A DNA stretch of 64,000 nucleotides from the NCBI GenBank assembly GCA_963832165.1, contig CAWHTE010000011.1, forward strand, positions 800,001 through 864,000, read 5' to 3'. Below the pieces are notes generated by a model. That model had not been told where the DNA came from. It saw only the letters and a list, made by a program, of their open reading frames with translations, and made no database searches. Within the stretch, counting starts at the first letter, position 1; the number at the start of each line of letters is the position of its first letter. Origin of the DNA: an uncultured delta proteobacterium (GTDB taxonomy: Bacteria; Myxococcota_A; UBA9160; SMWR01). Shown piece after piece: positions 13,236-23,863 of the stretch. Both the position numbers and the translations under genes were made by a program.

Positions 13236-13694
13236 TCAGGCGTCGCGGTACAGCTTTGCGCGCGCGCGCACGGGCGCGAGCAGCGCGTCTAGATCGGGCT
13301 GCTCGAGCGGGTAGCCTTTCGGGTGGGGCGGACGCGGTTCGAGCCCGAGCCCGGCCTGGACGAGCGGATGCTGGTAGTAGGCGGAGTAGAGCTGGAAGAC
13401 GAGGCCGGGCAGGAAGCCCGGGTCGGACGAGGCGTGCGCGTTGAGGACGTCCGAGCGGTCGGCCGGCGCGAGCGCCGCGAATCCGGCCGCGCCGCGCTCG
13501 CGCGCCGCCGCATCGAGCGCATCGAGACCGCGCGCCGTGATCGCGCACATCGCGCCGAGCTTCTCCTCGATCGCGCTCGTGAGCCCGATCTCCCCCGCGC
13601 CCGGCAGGGCGCCGTCTGCACTGCGCGGGATCACCGTCTCGAGCACGGCCTCGAGCGCGACGCGCTGCGCAGGGCTGAATCCGGCCGCGGTCAT
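13236..13694 (-). CDS. Gluconate 2-dehydrogenase subunit 3 family protein
   Basis: ETVIP...LPGAGE, GFAALAPADR, AYYQHPLV; ATGA overlap with GMC gene. Confidence 0.8.
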   Translation of the reverse strand: MTAAGFSPAQRVALEAVLETVIPRSADGALPGAGEIGLTSAIEEKLGAMCAITARGLDALDAAARERGAAGFAALAPADRSDVLNAHASSDPGFLPGLVFQLYSAYYQHPLVQAGLGLEPRPPHPKGYPLEQPDLDALLAPVRARAKLYRDA

Positions 13695-15295
13695 TCGAAC
13701 AGGTCCGCCAGGTTGCGCTTGATCGCGTCGCCGATGTAGAGCGCGAGCGCCTGGATCGTGTTGGTCGGATTCACGGCCGCGGCGGTCACGAAGATGCTGC
13801 CGTCGACGATGAACAGGTTCGGGACGTCGTGGCAGCGACCCCATTCGTTCACGACCGACTTCTCGGGATCGGTGCCCATGCGCGCGGTGCCCATGAGGTG
13901 CCAGCCCGCGGGCGCGAGCGGCGCATCCGCGAGCGTCTCCTTCGCGCCTGCGGCTTCGAGCACCTCGCGTCCGCGCGCGACCGCGTGCTCGAGCATGCGT
14001 TGGCTGTTCTCGCCGAGGCGGTAGTGGATCTTCGGCGCGGGAATTCCGTCGGCGTCGACGAGCTCCGGGTCGAGCGTGACGCGATTGCACTCTTCGGGCA
14101 GGTCCTCGCAGATCGCCACCATCCCTGCGGTGCGATCCCAGAGCTCGGAGTAGGCCTCGTGGTGGCCCGCGCCCCACGGCACGTGCCCCGTCGACATTCC
14201 GAGCAGCGCGGTGCCCACGGGCCCGATGCCGCGCACCATCTCGAACGAATAGCCGCGCGCGAAGCCGCGCGAGCGGTCGGTTTCGTAGAACTCCTGGCTG
14301 ATGATGCAGCAGCCGGTCGGACCCTTGTAGCCCTCGAGCGCGCTCGGGAAGATGCCCGTGACGAGACCGTACGGGTGGAACATCAGGTTCTTGCCGACGA
14401 GCCCGCTGCGATTGGCGAGTCCGTCGGGGAAGCGCGCCGAGGCGGAGTTGAGCAGCACGCGCGGAGTTCCGACGCCGTTGCACGCGAGCACCACGATCTC
14501 GGCCTTCTGGCGCCGCTCGACGCCGTCGGCGTCGTAATAGATCACGCCGTTCGCGAGTCCGCGCTCGTCGAGCGTGATCTCGCGCACGCGGCAGTGCGTG
14601 CGCAGCTCGACACCGTTTCGGATCGCGGCGGGCCAGTAGGTGACGTCGGTGCTGCCTTTGGCGCCCTGCGCGCAGCCCATGATGCACGGGCCCAGGTTGA
14701 TGCACGCGGCCCGGCCCTCGTACTCGCGTGTGGCGATCGCGCTGTCCGAAGGCCACCAGTGCCAGCCGAGCCGGTTGAACCCGTGCGCCAGCGTCTCTCC
14801 GAGCAGACCCAGCGGAACCGGCGGCAGCGGCGGCTCCTTGGCGGGCCCGGCCGGGTCGCCCGCGAGCCCGGCCACGCCCATCAGGCGCGCGTTCGTATCG
14901 TAGTAGGGCGCGAGCGCCGCGTAGTCGATCGGCCAGTCGTCGCCGACGCCGTCGAGCGTGTGCGTGCGGAAATCCGAGGGGTGGAAGCGCGGGAAGTGCG
15001 CCGCGTACAGGATCGTGCTGCCGCCGACCGCGTTGAAGTTCGAGATGTGGATCGGCGACTCGCCGTCGTTGATCGGATAGTCCTCGCGCCGTCCGCGTCC
15101 GTTCGGCGAGAAGCCGAACGCGCCGAAGCGCTCGAGCTCCCAGCCGGCCCGCGTGCTCGGATAGTCGAGCGGGTTCATCCAATCGCCCTGCTCGAAGCAG
15201 ACGATCCGCATGCGCGTCTCGGCGAGACTCCACGCGATCGCGGCGCCGGATGCTCCCGCGCCGATGATCAGGACGTCGACGGTGTCATCCGCCAC
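13691..15295 (-). CDS. GMC family oxidoreductase
   Basis: DVLIIGAGASG, VGGSTI, CxxxGxCxxGC, VGKNLMFH, HLMGTARMG, NPTNTIQALA. Confidence 0.93.
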   Translation of the reverse strand: MADDTVDVLIIGAGASGAAIAWSLAETRMRIVCFEQGDWMNPLDYPSTRAGWELERFGAFGFSPNGRGRREDYPINDGESPIHISNFNAVGGSTILYAAHFPRFHPSDFRTHTLDGVGDDWPIDYAALAPYYDTNARLMGVAGLAGDPAGPAKEPPLPPVPLGLLGETLAHGFNRLGWHWWPSDSAIATREYEGRAACINLGPCIMGCAQGAKGSTDVTYWPAAIRNGVELRTHCRVREITLDERGLANGVIYYDADGVERRQKAEIVVLACNGVGTPRVLLNSASARFPDGLANRSGLVGKNLMFHPYGLVTGIFPSALEGYKGPTGCCIISQEFYETDRSRGFARGYSFEMVRGIGPVGTALLGMSTGHVPWGAGHHEAYSELWDRTAGMVAICEDLPEECNRVTLDPELVDADGIPAPKIHYRLGENSQRMLEHAVARGREVLEAAGAKETLADAPLAPAGWHLMGTARMGTDPEKSVVNEWGRCHDVPNLFIVDGSIFVTAAAVNPTNTIQALALYIGDAIKRNLADLFE

Positions 15296-15353
15296 GGGGT
15301 CTCCCGCTCGAGGAACGCGCAGCATAGCAGCGCCGGTTCCGCCCGGTCGGGTC

Positions 15354-16181
15354 TCAGACGTGCCGGACGCGTTCCGCGCGTGCTGAGTAGGAGTCGGCGA
15401 GCGACCTCATCTCGGGGGTGAAGGCGATCCTGCCCGGCGAGTACCAAGGCAGATAGGTCGCGAGCACGAGCGGGAGTAGACCGCGGACGCCTTGCCAGGC
15501 CTCCCGCCGCATACGCGCACGGCGCTCCGCCGCCCCGCCGAAGCGAGCCAGCGTCTCGGGATCGGCTTCTTCCATGTGGCGGACGACGCGGAGGATCCAG
15601 CCGAACATGTGGCGCTGCGCGTAGAATCCCCAGCGCAGGCGATAGAAGTAGTCGCCGAAGATGTGGTCGTAGACGTCGAAGGCGACGGTGCGGTGCTCGA
15701 GCTCCTCGATCAGGTGCCACGAGAACAGCTCGCGCACCGGCGAGCGCAGGCGCTCCATTTTCCCGGTCGCGAATCCGTAGCGCGCGATCGCGGTCGTCAG
15801 TGCTTCGAATCCCTCCGCGTAGGCGAGATTGAACTGGAGTGGCTTCGTCTCCGAAAACCTCTGGTAGTCCGCTTCCAGCTCGCGTTCGAGCTCTTCGAGC
15901 CGCGGGAACCCCGACGTGCGCACGGCCTCGTTGAAACGCCGGTGCTGCCGATAGTGCTGCCCTTCCTGCGCGTTGAAGCGCTCGAGATCCTTCAGCAGCT
16001 CCGGATCGTCGATCCGCTTCTTCGCTGCGTTCATCGTGCGGATCAGGTACGGCTCCAGGTAGGGAAGCAACAGCGACATCGCCAGATGCAGGTAGGACTC
16101 CTCGGGTTCGCCCTCGACGACGATCGGATCGATCCCCTCTGGGAAATCGAAGCGCATCGCGCGTACGGTAATGTCGTGCAT
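15354..16181 (-). CDS. Predicted metal-dependent hydrolase (ferritin-like family)
   Basis: PYLEPY, FNAQEGQHYRQH, AEGFE, WHLIEELEHRTVAFDVY. Confidence 0.85.
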   Translation of the reverse strand: MHDITVRAMRFDFPEGIDPIVVEGEPEESYLHLAMSLLLPYLEPYLIRTMNAAKKRIDDPELLKDLERFNAQEGQHYRQHRRFNEAVRTSGFPRLEELERELEADYQRFSETKPLQFNLAYAEGFEALTTAIARYGFATGKMERLRSPVRELFSWHLIEELEHRTVAFDVYDHIFGDYFYRLRWGFYAQRHMFGWILRVVRHMEEADPETLARFGGAAERRARMRREAWQGVRGLLPLVLATYLPWYSPGRIAFTPEMRSLADSYSARAERVRHV

Positions 16182-16267
16182 CGCCGCACACCCTAACGCG
16201 AAGCGACGCCACAGCCCAAGTCCGATGGCTCGCGGCGGCGTTCCTTCCGACCCGAGAGAGAGCCGTG

Positions 16268-17146
16268 ATGGCCTGCGAAGAAATCGAGCTGCGCGCCGGA
16301 GGCCTGCGCTTCTCGGCCATCAGCGACGGCGCGGGCCCGATCGCGCTCTGTCTGCACGGTTTTCCCGACACCAGGCGCTCCTTCCGCCTGCAGCTCCCGG
16401 CTCTCGCGGAAGCGGGATTCCGCGCCGTGGCGCCGCAGCTGCGCGGCTACGAGCCGTCGTCGCAACCGGCGAACGGCGACTATCACATCGCGCGCATGGC
16501 GGAGGACGTCATCGGCTGGATCGACGACCTCGGCGCTACCCGGGTCCATCTGATCGGCCACGACTGGGGAGCGGTGATCGCCTACGCCGCCGCCAGTCTG
16601 GCTCCGCAGCGTTTCGACTCGCTGTGCACTCTCGCGATCGCCCACCCCGGCCGCTTGCGCAGCGAGGGCGTGCGCAAGGTGCCGAGCCAGCTCCGCAAGT
16701 CCTGGTACATGTTCTTCCTGCAGCTGCGCGGGCTCGCCGAGTACGCGCTCGAAGCCGACGACTGGCGCTTCATCGAGAGACTGTGGCGCGCGTGGTCGCC
16801 CGGCTGGGACTTTCCGCCCGCAGAGCTCGCGCACGTGAAGCGCACGCTCGCGCAACCCGGCGTGAAGAAGGCGGCCATCGCCTACTACCGCGCCATGTTC
16901 AATCCCTTCGGCCGCGCCGCGCGTCGCACCGAGGAGCTGCTGACGGCGCCGATCCATGTGCGCACGCTTGCCGCGACCGGCGCCCTCGACGGCTGCATGG
17001 ACACCCGCCTGCACGACGTGGCGATGTCGCCGCGCGACTTCCCGGGAGGCCTCGAAGTGGTTCGTTACCCCGACGCCGGACACTTCCTTCACCAGGAGGT
17101 TCCCGACGCGTTCAACGCGACACTGATCGACTGGCTGCGGCGCTGA
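16268..17146 (+). CDS. Alpha/beta hydrolase, epoxide-hydrolase-like
   Basis: LHGFPD, LRGY, GHDWGA nucleophile, SWYMFF, AGHFLHQE. Confidence 0.92.
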   Translation: MACEEIELRAGGLRFSAISDGAGPIALCLHGFPDTRRSFRLQLPALAEAGFRAVAPQLRGYEPSSQPANGDYHIARMAEDVIGWIDDLGATRVHLIGHDWGAVIAYAAASLAPQRFDSLCTLAIAHPGRLRSEGVRKVPSQLRKSWYMFFLQLRGLAEYALEADDWRFIERLWRAWSPGWDFPPAELAHVKRTLAQPGVKKAAIAYYRAMFNPFGRAARRTEELLTAPIHVRTLAATGALDGCMDTRLHDVAMSPRDFPGGLEVVRYPDAGHFLHQEVPDAFNATLIDWLRR

Positions 17147-17170
17147 CCTGCACGCCCGTCGTTCGATCGC

Positions 17171-18529
17171 CTACGCGGGATTCACGAGCAGCGCCGAGCG
17201 ATCCACCGCCGGACCGCGCAGGCGGATCCAGACCACGAGCGAGATCGCCACGAGACCGAGACCGAACGCGAGCCCCCACCAGATGCCCGCGAGCCCCCAG
17301 CCGCGCCGCAGCGCGAGCCACGATCCGATCGGCAGCGCGAGCCCCCAGTAGCTCACGAGGTTGAACACCATGGCGGGCCGCGTGCGGCCCATGCCGCGCA
17401 GCACGCCGCAGCCCACCGCCTGCGTGCCGTCGAAGATCTGGAACGCACCCGCGATCGGCAGGATCGCCGCACACGCCGCGATCACCGCGGCGTCGGGCGT
17501 GTAGATGCGGGGAAGCAGATGCCGGAACAACACGAAGGACAATCCCGAGAGCGACATCACCGCGGCACCCATGCCGATCGACACCCAGGCGGCGCGCTGC
17601 GCGGCTTCGGGCTCGCGCGCACCGATCAGGTTGCCCACGCGCGTCGCGGCGCCCTGCGCGATGCCGAGCGGCAGCATGAACGCGAGCGCTGCCATGTTCA
17701 GGGTGACGGTGTGCGCCGCGAGCGGTACGGGGCCGAGCTGGCCCGCGATCAGCGCAGCGCCCGAGAACGCCCAGATCTCGAGCGAGATCTGCAGCGCGAT
17801 CGGCAGCCCGAACGCGGCGATCTGTGCGAGATGGCGGCGGTGGAGGGAATCGCGCGACCACGGCACCCACGCGCCCTCGTGCAGCGCGAACGCGCGCATC
17901 AGCAGCGCGAGACCCGCAAAGCATCCCACCCGCGTGAGCGTCGTGGCGATCCCGGCGCCGACCACGCCCAGCGCAGGGGACCCGAGGTGGCCGAAGATCA
18001 GCACCCAGTTGAAGAGCGCGTGCACGAGGTTCGCCGCGATCATCACGAACAGCGCGGGCCTCACCTGCTCGCGGCTCTGCAGGTACTGGCGCAGCGCGAT
18101 GTAGGAGAGGTAGAAGGGGATGCCCGGGATCTGCACGAGGGTGTATTCGTGCGCGAGACGCGCGAGCGCGGGGTCCTGACGCGCGAAGAGCAGGAAGCTC
18201 TCGGTGCCGAGCCAGAGCAGCGCAACGGGGATCGCGAGCAGCCACGCGAGCACGAGCGCGGCCTGGAGCGCGCGGCCCGCGCGTTCGCCTTCGCCCGCGC
18301 CGTGCGCCTGCGCGACGATCGGCACGAGCCCCATCACCATGCCCGCGGCGAACTCCATCGTGCCGTAGATCCAGACGTTCGCGATCGCGACCGCGCCGAG
18401 TGCCTCGACCGAGACGCGGCCGACCATCGCGGTGTCGACGAAGCCGATCAGCATGCCAGCGAGCTGGGTCGCGGCGACGGGCGCGCCGAGCGACACCATC
18501 TTGCGGATCTCGGCGCGGAGCAGGGACAC
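17171..18529 (-). CDS. MATE efflux transporter (NorM-like)
   Basis: FVDTAMVGR, IVAQAHGA, LGVVGAGIAT, TRVGNLIGA, FQIFDGTQ, LRGMG. Confidence 0.92.
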   Translation of the reverse strand: MSLLRAEIRKMVSLGAPVAATQLAGMLIGFVDTAMVGRVSVEALGAVAIANVWIYGTMEFAAGMVMGLVPIVAQAHGAGEGERAGRALQAALVLAWLLAIPVALLWLGTESFLLFARQDPALARLAHEYTLVQIPGIPFYLSYIALRQYLQSREQVRPALFVMIAANLVHALFNWVLIFGHLGSPALGVVGAGIATTLTRVGCFAGLALLMRAFALHEGAWVPWSRDSLHRRHLAQIAAFGLPIALQISLEIWAFSGAALIAGQLGPVPLAAHTVTLNMAALAFMLPLGIAQGAATRVGNLIGAREPEAAQRAAWVSIGMGAAVMSLSGLSFVLFRHLLPRIYTPDAAVIAACAAILPIAGAFQIFDGTQAVGCGVLRGMGRTRPAMVFNLVSYWGLALPIGSWLALRRGWGLAGIWWGLAFGLGLVAISLVVWIRLRGPAVDRSALLVNPA

Positions 18530-18575
18530 GGAGTTCCTCGGGCGGAGTGCGCAAGTTACCGGCTATTCTCGCGCC

Positions 18576-19562
18576 GTGAAATTCGGCGTGCTCCAGTTCT
18601 TCAGCTGGCCCGAGCGCCGGATCCCGATTGCGCAGGTCTACGAGCGCGCGCTGTCGCGGATCGAGATCATGGACCGCACCGGCTACGACGCGGTGTGGCT
18701 CGCCGAGCACCACTTCAACTCGTTCTCCGTCTGCCCATCGGTACATATGATGGGGACGCACGTCGCGGCGCGAACGAAGCGGCTGCGGATCGGCACGGCC
18801 GTGACGCTCGCGGCGTTCTACCACCCGCTGCGGATCGCCGAGGAGATCGCGCTGCTCGACGTGCTCTCGGGCGGGCGCGTGAACTTCGGCGCGGGGCGCG
18901 GCTTCGACGCGACCGAGTTCCGCGCGTTCGGCGTGCCGCCGCCCGAAAGCGCCGACCGCTTCCGCGAAGCGGTCGAGATCGTGCTCGCGGCGTGGAGCGG
19001 CGACCGCCTGAACTACGCGGGGCGTTATTTCTCGTTCGAGAACATCGAGGTGCTGCCGAAGCCGGTTCAGTCGCCACATCCGCCCGTGTGGGTGGCGGCG
19101 TCGTCCGAGCCTGCGGTGGAGTGGGCGGCGCAGCGCGGGCTCACGATCATGATGGATCCGCACTCGCCGCACGTCGAGATCGCGCGCAAGCGCGAGCTCT
19201 ACCGCACCCAGCTCGAGGCCGCGGGCCACCGCATGGACGGGCGCGAGATCCCGATGGCGCGCCTCGTCGCCGTGGCGGAGACCGAGGTGAAGGCCGAGGA
19301 GGTCGCGCGCAGCGGCGCGGGCTGGATCGTCGGGTCGTACATGGGCAGGAGCGGCGCGTTCCTCGATCCGAAAGGCGCGCCGCAGAAGGACCCGATCGAT
19401 CGCTATCTCGACGGGATCGTTGTGTACGGAACGCCCGAGAAGGTGGTCGACGATCTGCAGCAGCTCGGGGAGGAGATGTTCCTCGACTACCTGCTCGCCG
19501 CGCCGTTGTCACACGAGTCGTTCCTGCTGTTCACGGAGAAGGTGCTGCCCAAGCTGATCTGA
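18576..19562 (+). CDS. LLM-class flavin-dependent monooxygenase
   Basis: MKFG, VWLAEHHF, HPLRIAEE, LSGGRVNFGAGRG, PKPVQSPHPP. Confidence 0.92.
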   Translation: MKFGVLQFFSWPERRIPIAQVYERALSRIEIMDRTGYDAVWLAEHHFNSFSVCPSVHMMGTHVAARTKRLRIGTAVTLAAFYHPLRIAEEIALLDVLSGGRVNFGAGRGFDATEFRAFGVPPPESADRFREAVEIVLAAWSGDRLNYAGRYFSFENIEVLPKPVQSPHPPVWVAASSEPAVEWAAQRGLTIMMDPHSPHVEIARKRELYRTQLEAAGHRMDGREIPMARLVAVAETEVKAEEVARSGAGWIVGSYMGRSGAFLDPKGAPQKDPIDRYLDGIVVYGTPEKVVDDLQQLGEEMFLDYLLAAPLSHESFLLFTEKVLPKLI

Positions 19563-19705
19563 CCCGCGGGGTGTGACTATTTGTCCCTTCCGGGACTCGT
19601 GCTCTGTTAGGGTGGGGCGCCACCCGGTAGCGTGGGGCCGTCCACCCGTCGCGAACGCGCAGGGCCCACCGTCGGTACTCGCTTCGGGCGCAACCCGAGG
19701 CCGCC

Positions 19706-22700
19706 ATGCGCAACCGACTCGCGCGCTCGCTCACCACCCTGATCTCGTGCATCGGCCTCGCTTCGGCCTGCGCCCATCCGGGTGGCGGGGGACCCGAGAC
19801 TGCCGCCGGGACCGGTGCGACCGACCCGCTCTGGCTCGCGACGGCGCAGCGGCACATCGCGGCGCGCGAGTACTGGGCGAGTGAGAACGGCGACGGCCTC
19901 CAGGCACCCAACCGCGCGCACGACCTGCGCACCTACTTCGAGAAGACGGGCATCCGCGTGCACGACCGCACCGCGGGCGGGAGCCCCGAGCTGCTGCGCC
20001 TGTCTCTTTCCGGTGTCGGGCGCGAGAAGACGCTGGCTGCGCCGGCAGCCGGCGCGTTGGTTACCGACGAGAACCGCGTGGAGATCCATCGCCCGGGCCT
20101 CGTCGAGTGGTACGTGAATTCGCCGGCGGGTCTCGAGCAGGGCTTCACGCTCGAGGAGCGACCGGCCGGCGAGGGACCGCTCGTGGCAGAGCTTCGCATT
20201 GCCAGTGCGCGTCTCGCCCTGCGCGGCAGCGCGGTGAGCATCGACACGGGAACGCGTCGGCTCCGCTTCGGCGAGCTCGCCGCGGTCGACGCCGAAGGAC
20301 GCTCGCTCGCGGCGCATTTCGAGCTGCCCGAAACCGAGCGACTAAGGATCGTCGTCGAAGATGCGGGCGCGACCTATCCGATCGTGATCGACCCCTTGCT
20401 CACGGAGACGGCGGATACGCAGCTCGAATCGGATCAGGGGAGCGCGCAGTTCGGCCGCCTCGGGAGCGCGGGCGACGTGAACGGCGACGGCTACGCCGAC
20501 GTGATCGTGGGTGCGCCGCTTTACGACGCGGGCCTGGCAGACGAAGGAGCCGCGTTCGTGTTCCTGGGCAGCGCGACCGGGATCGCGGACGGCGGTGTCG
20601 CCGGCGCGGCGGCGCAGCTCGAGTCGGATCAGGCGGGCGCGCAGATGGGCCGCGCGGTGGCGGGCGCCGGGGACGTGAATGGCGACGGCTACGGGGACGT
20701 GATCGTCTCCGCGGTCAACTACGACGCGGGGCAAGGAGTTGGCGAGGGCGCTGCCTTCGTGTTCCTGGGCAGCGCGACCGGGATCGCGGACGGCAATCCC
20801 TCGACCGCGGCGGCGCAGCTCGAGTCGGACCAGGCGAACGCGCGCCTGGGCTTCAGCGTCGCGGGCGCCGGCGATGTGAACGGAGACGGCTACGCCGACG
20901 TGATCGTGGGCGCCAATCTCTACGATGCGGGCCAGACGGACGAAGGGGCTGCGTTCGTGTTCCACGGCAGCGCGACGGGGATCGCGGATGGCAATCCGGC
21001 GACGGCGGTGACGCAGCTCGAGTCGAACCAGGCGATAGGGACGGTCCCGCAGTTCGGCGGGAGCGTGGCGGGCGCCGGCGATGTGAACGGAGACGGCTAC
21101 GCCGACGTGATCGTGGGCGCCAGTTTCTACGATGCGGGCTCGGCCGACGAGGGGGCCGCGTTCGTGTTCCACGGCAGCGCGACGGGGATCGCGGATGGCA
21201 ATCCGGCGACGGCGGTGACGCAGCTCGAGTCGAACCAGGCGATAGGGACGGTCCCGCAGTTCGGCGGGAGCGTGGCGGGCGCCGGCGACGTGAACGGCGA
21301 CGGCTACGCCGACGTGATCGTGGGAGCTCTCTCCTACGACGCGACACTGCCGGACTCGGGCGCTGCGTTCGTGTTCCACGGCAGCGCGACGGGGATCGCC
21401 AATGGCAATCCGACGACGGCGGAGACGCAGCTCGAGTCGGTTCAGGGGAGCGCGCAGTTCGGCCGGAGCGTATCGGGCGCGGGAGACGTGAATGGCGACG
21501 GCTATGCCGACGTGATCGTGAGCGCTCCCTTGTACGACGCGGGCTCGACCGACGAGGGAGCCGCGTTCGTCTTCCACGGCAGCGCGACCGGGATCGCGGA
21601 TGGCAATCCGGCGACGGCGGCGGCGCAGCTCGAGTCGAACCAGGCGTCAGCGGCCGCTGACTTCAGCGCCGGGGTGGGGGACGTGAACGGCGACGGCTAC
21701 GCCGACGTGATGATGAGCGCTTCCTCATACGACGCGCCCTCGGCCGACGAGGGGGCGGCCTTCCTCTACCTCGGCGGCGCGGCGGGCATCGCCGACGGCA
21801 GTCCCGCGACCGCGGCCGCGCAGCTCGAGTCGAATCAAGCCAACGTCCCCCCCGCCGCTTTCGGCTCTTTCGGCTACAGCGTCTCGGGCGCGGGCGACGT
21901 GAACCGCGACGGCTACAGCGACGTGGTCGTGGGCGCGCCGTACTACGACGCGGGCCTCCCGGACGAGGGGGCGGCCTTCGTCTTCCATGGGAGTGCAGCG
22001 GGAATCGCGAGCGGCAATCCGACCACGGCGAACGCGCTGCTCGAGTCGAACCAGAATGCCGCGCAGTTCGGCTACAGCGTCTCGGGAGCGGGCGACGTGA
22101 ACGGCGACGGCTACGCCGACCTGATCGTGGGCGCTCCCGTCTACGACAACCCGGACGCGGACGAGGGCGCGGCCTTCGTGTTCCATGGCAGTGCAGCGGG
22201 AATCGCGAGCGGCAATCCCACGACCGCGGCGGCGACGTTCGAGTCGAACCAGCTCATCGGATCGAGCCTGCTGCCCCCGGTGTTCGGCTACAGCGTGGCG
22301 GGTGCGGGGGACGTGAACGGGGACGGCTACGGCGACGTGATCGTGGGCGCTGCCGGCTACGACAATGCGCAGGATGACGAGGGCGCGGCATTCGTGTTCC
22401 TGGGCAGTGCTTCGGGCATCGCGAGCGGCAATCCCGCGACCGCGGCGGCGCAGATCGAGCCGGACCAACCGACCGCGCTTCTCGGCTACAGCGTGGCGAG
22501 TGCGGGCGACGTGAACGGCGACGGCTACGCCGACGTGATCGTCAGCGCGCCGAACTACGACGCGGGGACGACCGACGAAGGCGCCGCGTTCGTGTTCCTG
22601 GGCAGCGCTTCGGGAATCGCGGACGGCAGTCCCACCACCGCGTCGGCGCAGCTCGAGTCGGACCTGGAGTCCGCGTTCTTCGGTGGGACCGTCGACGGGG

Positions 22701-23689
22701 CCGGTGACGTGAACGGCGACGGCTATGCGGACGTGATCGTGGGCTCCCTTTCTGCGTACGTCTTTCTCGGGAGCGCGTCGGGAATCCCGGACGGCAATCC
22801 CATCACCGCGGAGACACAGCTCGACTCGGCCCAGGAGTTCGCGGCGTTCATCAACGTGGCGAGTGCGGGGGACGTGAACGGGGACGGCTACGCCGACGTG
22901 ATCGTGGGCGCTCACCAATACGACAACCCGAATACGAACCCGAATGCCGACGAGGGCGCGGCATTCGTATTCCTGGGCAGTGCGTCGGGGATCGCCGGCG
23001 GCAATCCCTCGACCTCGGCGGCCCAGCTCGAGTCGAACCAGGCGGGCGCGCACCTCGGCATCAGCGTGGCGGGTGCGGGCGACGTGAACGGCGACGGCTT
23101 CGCCGACGTGATCATCGGCGCCGACTCCTACGACGCGGGCGAGACGAACGAGGGCGCGGCGTTCGTGTTCCTCGGCAACTCCGCCACCGGTCGCCCGGTG
23201 CTCGCGCGCCAGCGGCGCGGCAACGGCAGCGGGATCGCGGTACAGCCGTGGGGCGGCGCACATTCAGGCACCGGCTTCGCCGCAGAGCTGCGCGCGAGCC
23301 ACCCGTACGGCACCGGCCGCGTGAAGGCCGAGCTCGAGGCGTGCCCGGACGGCCCCCCCGCGGTTGCCTTCGGCCACGCGAGCTGCACGACGGCCCTGAC
23401 ACCGACGTGGATCGCGGTCAACGGCACGACGCCCGATGTGCTGATCTCCCATACCTTCTCCGGCCTCACGCCGAACACGCTCTATCGCTGGCGAGCGCGC
23501 GTGCTGCACGCGGCGTCGACGGGAGCGATCGCGACCGAACCCGCGCACGGCCCGTGGCGGCGGGTCGCCGGGCAATCGGTGGAGGCGGACATCCGGCTGC
23601 CCGAGCCGGGTCTCGCGCTCGCGCTCGCGAACGGCGCCGCACTGCTCGCCGCCCTCGCGCGGCGGCGAGCACGCGGTCTGCGGAACTAG
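19706..23689 (+). CDS. Large integrin-alpha-like FG-GAP protein (14 repeats) with FN3-like C-domain and PEP-CTERM-like tail
   Basis: 14 x GDVN(G/R)DG..D(V/L) repeats with FGxSV and GAAFVF; N-domain EWYVN..GLEQGF...YPIVIDP; GLTPNTLYRWRARV; LPEP+TM+RRRAR. Confidence 0.92.
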   Translation: MRNRLARSLTTLISCIGLASACAHPGGGGPETAAGTGATDPLWLATAQRHIAAREYWASENGDGLQAPNRAHDLRTYFEKTGIRVHDRTAGGSPELLRLSLSGVGREKTLAAPAAGALVTDENRVEIHRPGLVEWYVNSPAGLEQGFTLEERPAGEGPLVAELRIASARLALRGSAVSIDTGTRRLRFGELAAVDAEGRSLAAHFELPETERLRIVVEDAGATYPIVIDPLLTETADTQLESDQGSAQFGRLGSAGDVNGDGYADVIVGAPLYDAGLADEGAAFVFLGSATGIADGGVAGAAAQLESDQAGAQMGRAVAGAGDVNGDGYGDVIVSAVNYDAGQGVGEGAAFVFLGSATGIADGNPSTAAAQLESDQANARLGFSVAGAGDVNGDGYADVIVGANLYDAGQTDEGAAFVFHGSATGIADGNPATAVTQLESNQAIGTVPQFGGSVAGAGDVNGDGYADVIVGASFYDAGSADEGAAFVFHGSATGIADGNPATAVTQLESNQAIGTVPQFGGSVAGAGDVNGDGYADVIVGALSYDATLPDSGAAFVFHGSATGIANGNPTTAETQLESVQGSAQFGRSVSGAGDVNGDGYADVIVSAPLYDAGSTDEGAAFVFHGSATGIADGNPATAAAQLESNQASAAADFSAGVGDVNGDGYADVMMSASSYDAPSADEGAAFLYLGGAAGIADGSPATAAAQLESNQANVPPAAFGSFGYSVSGAGDVNRDGYSDVVVGAPYYDAGLPDEGAAFVFHGSAAGIASGNPTTANALLESNQNAAQFGYSVSGAGDVNGDGYADLIVGAPVYDNPDADEGAAFVFHGSAAGIASGNPTTAAATFESNQLIGSSLLPPVFGYSVAGAGDVNGDGYGDVIVGAAGYDNAQDDEGAAFVFLGSASGIASGNPATAAAQIEPDQPTALLGYSVASAGDVNGDGYADVIVSAPNYDAGTTDEGAAFVFLGSASGIADGSPTTASAQLESDLESAFFGGTVDGAGDVNGDGYADVIVGSLSAYVFLGSASGIPDGNPITAETQLDSAQEFAAFINVASAGDVNGDGYADVIVGAHQYDNPNTNPNADEGAAFVFLGSASGIAGGNPSTSAAQLESNQAGAHLGISVAGAGDVNGDGFADVIIGADSYDAGETNEGAAFVFLGNSATGRPVLARQRRGNGSGIAVQPWGGAHSGTGFAAELRASHPYGTGRVKAELEACPDGPPAVAFGHASCTTALTPTWIAVNGTTPDVLISHTFSGLTPNTLYRWRARVLHAASTGAIATEPAHGPWRRVAGQSVEADIRLPEPGLALALANGAALLAALARRRARGLRN
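20861..21320 (+). repeat. Near-identical intragenic tandem duplication, 207-bp period
   Basis: 20951-21081 reads identical to 21158-21288; protein repeats TAVTQLESNQAIGTVPQFGGSV exactly. Confidence 0.85.
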
Positions 23690-23734
23690 ACCCGGGGCAC
23701 GGGTCAGGGCAACTCCAGGGCCGAGGTGAGCGTG

Positions 23735-23756
23735 TGCGCAGCGTTTTCGCTGCGCA
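23735..23756. other. Intergenic hairpin
   Basis: TGCGCAGCG-TTTT-CGCTGCGCA, perfect 9-bp stem; no U-tract. Confidence 0.5.
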
Positions 23757-23863
23757 GTGCCGCGCGGTGGATTCGGGGCGATTTGCACTCCGGTCGCGGA
23801 CGGGTTCTGCCGAAACGTCCCGTAAGAGATCGCTGCTCTACGAGCTTCGTTCCGGAGGGTTGG

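Noticed and set aside
19563..19705. Riboswitch upstream of the large FG-GAP gene
   Set aside because: Only short GC hairpins; no recognisable c-di-GMP, TPP, SAM or cobalamin consensus.
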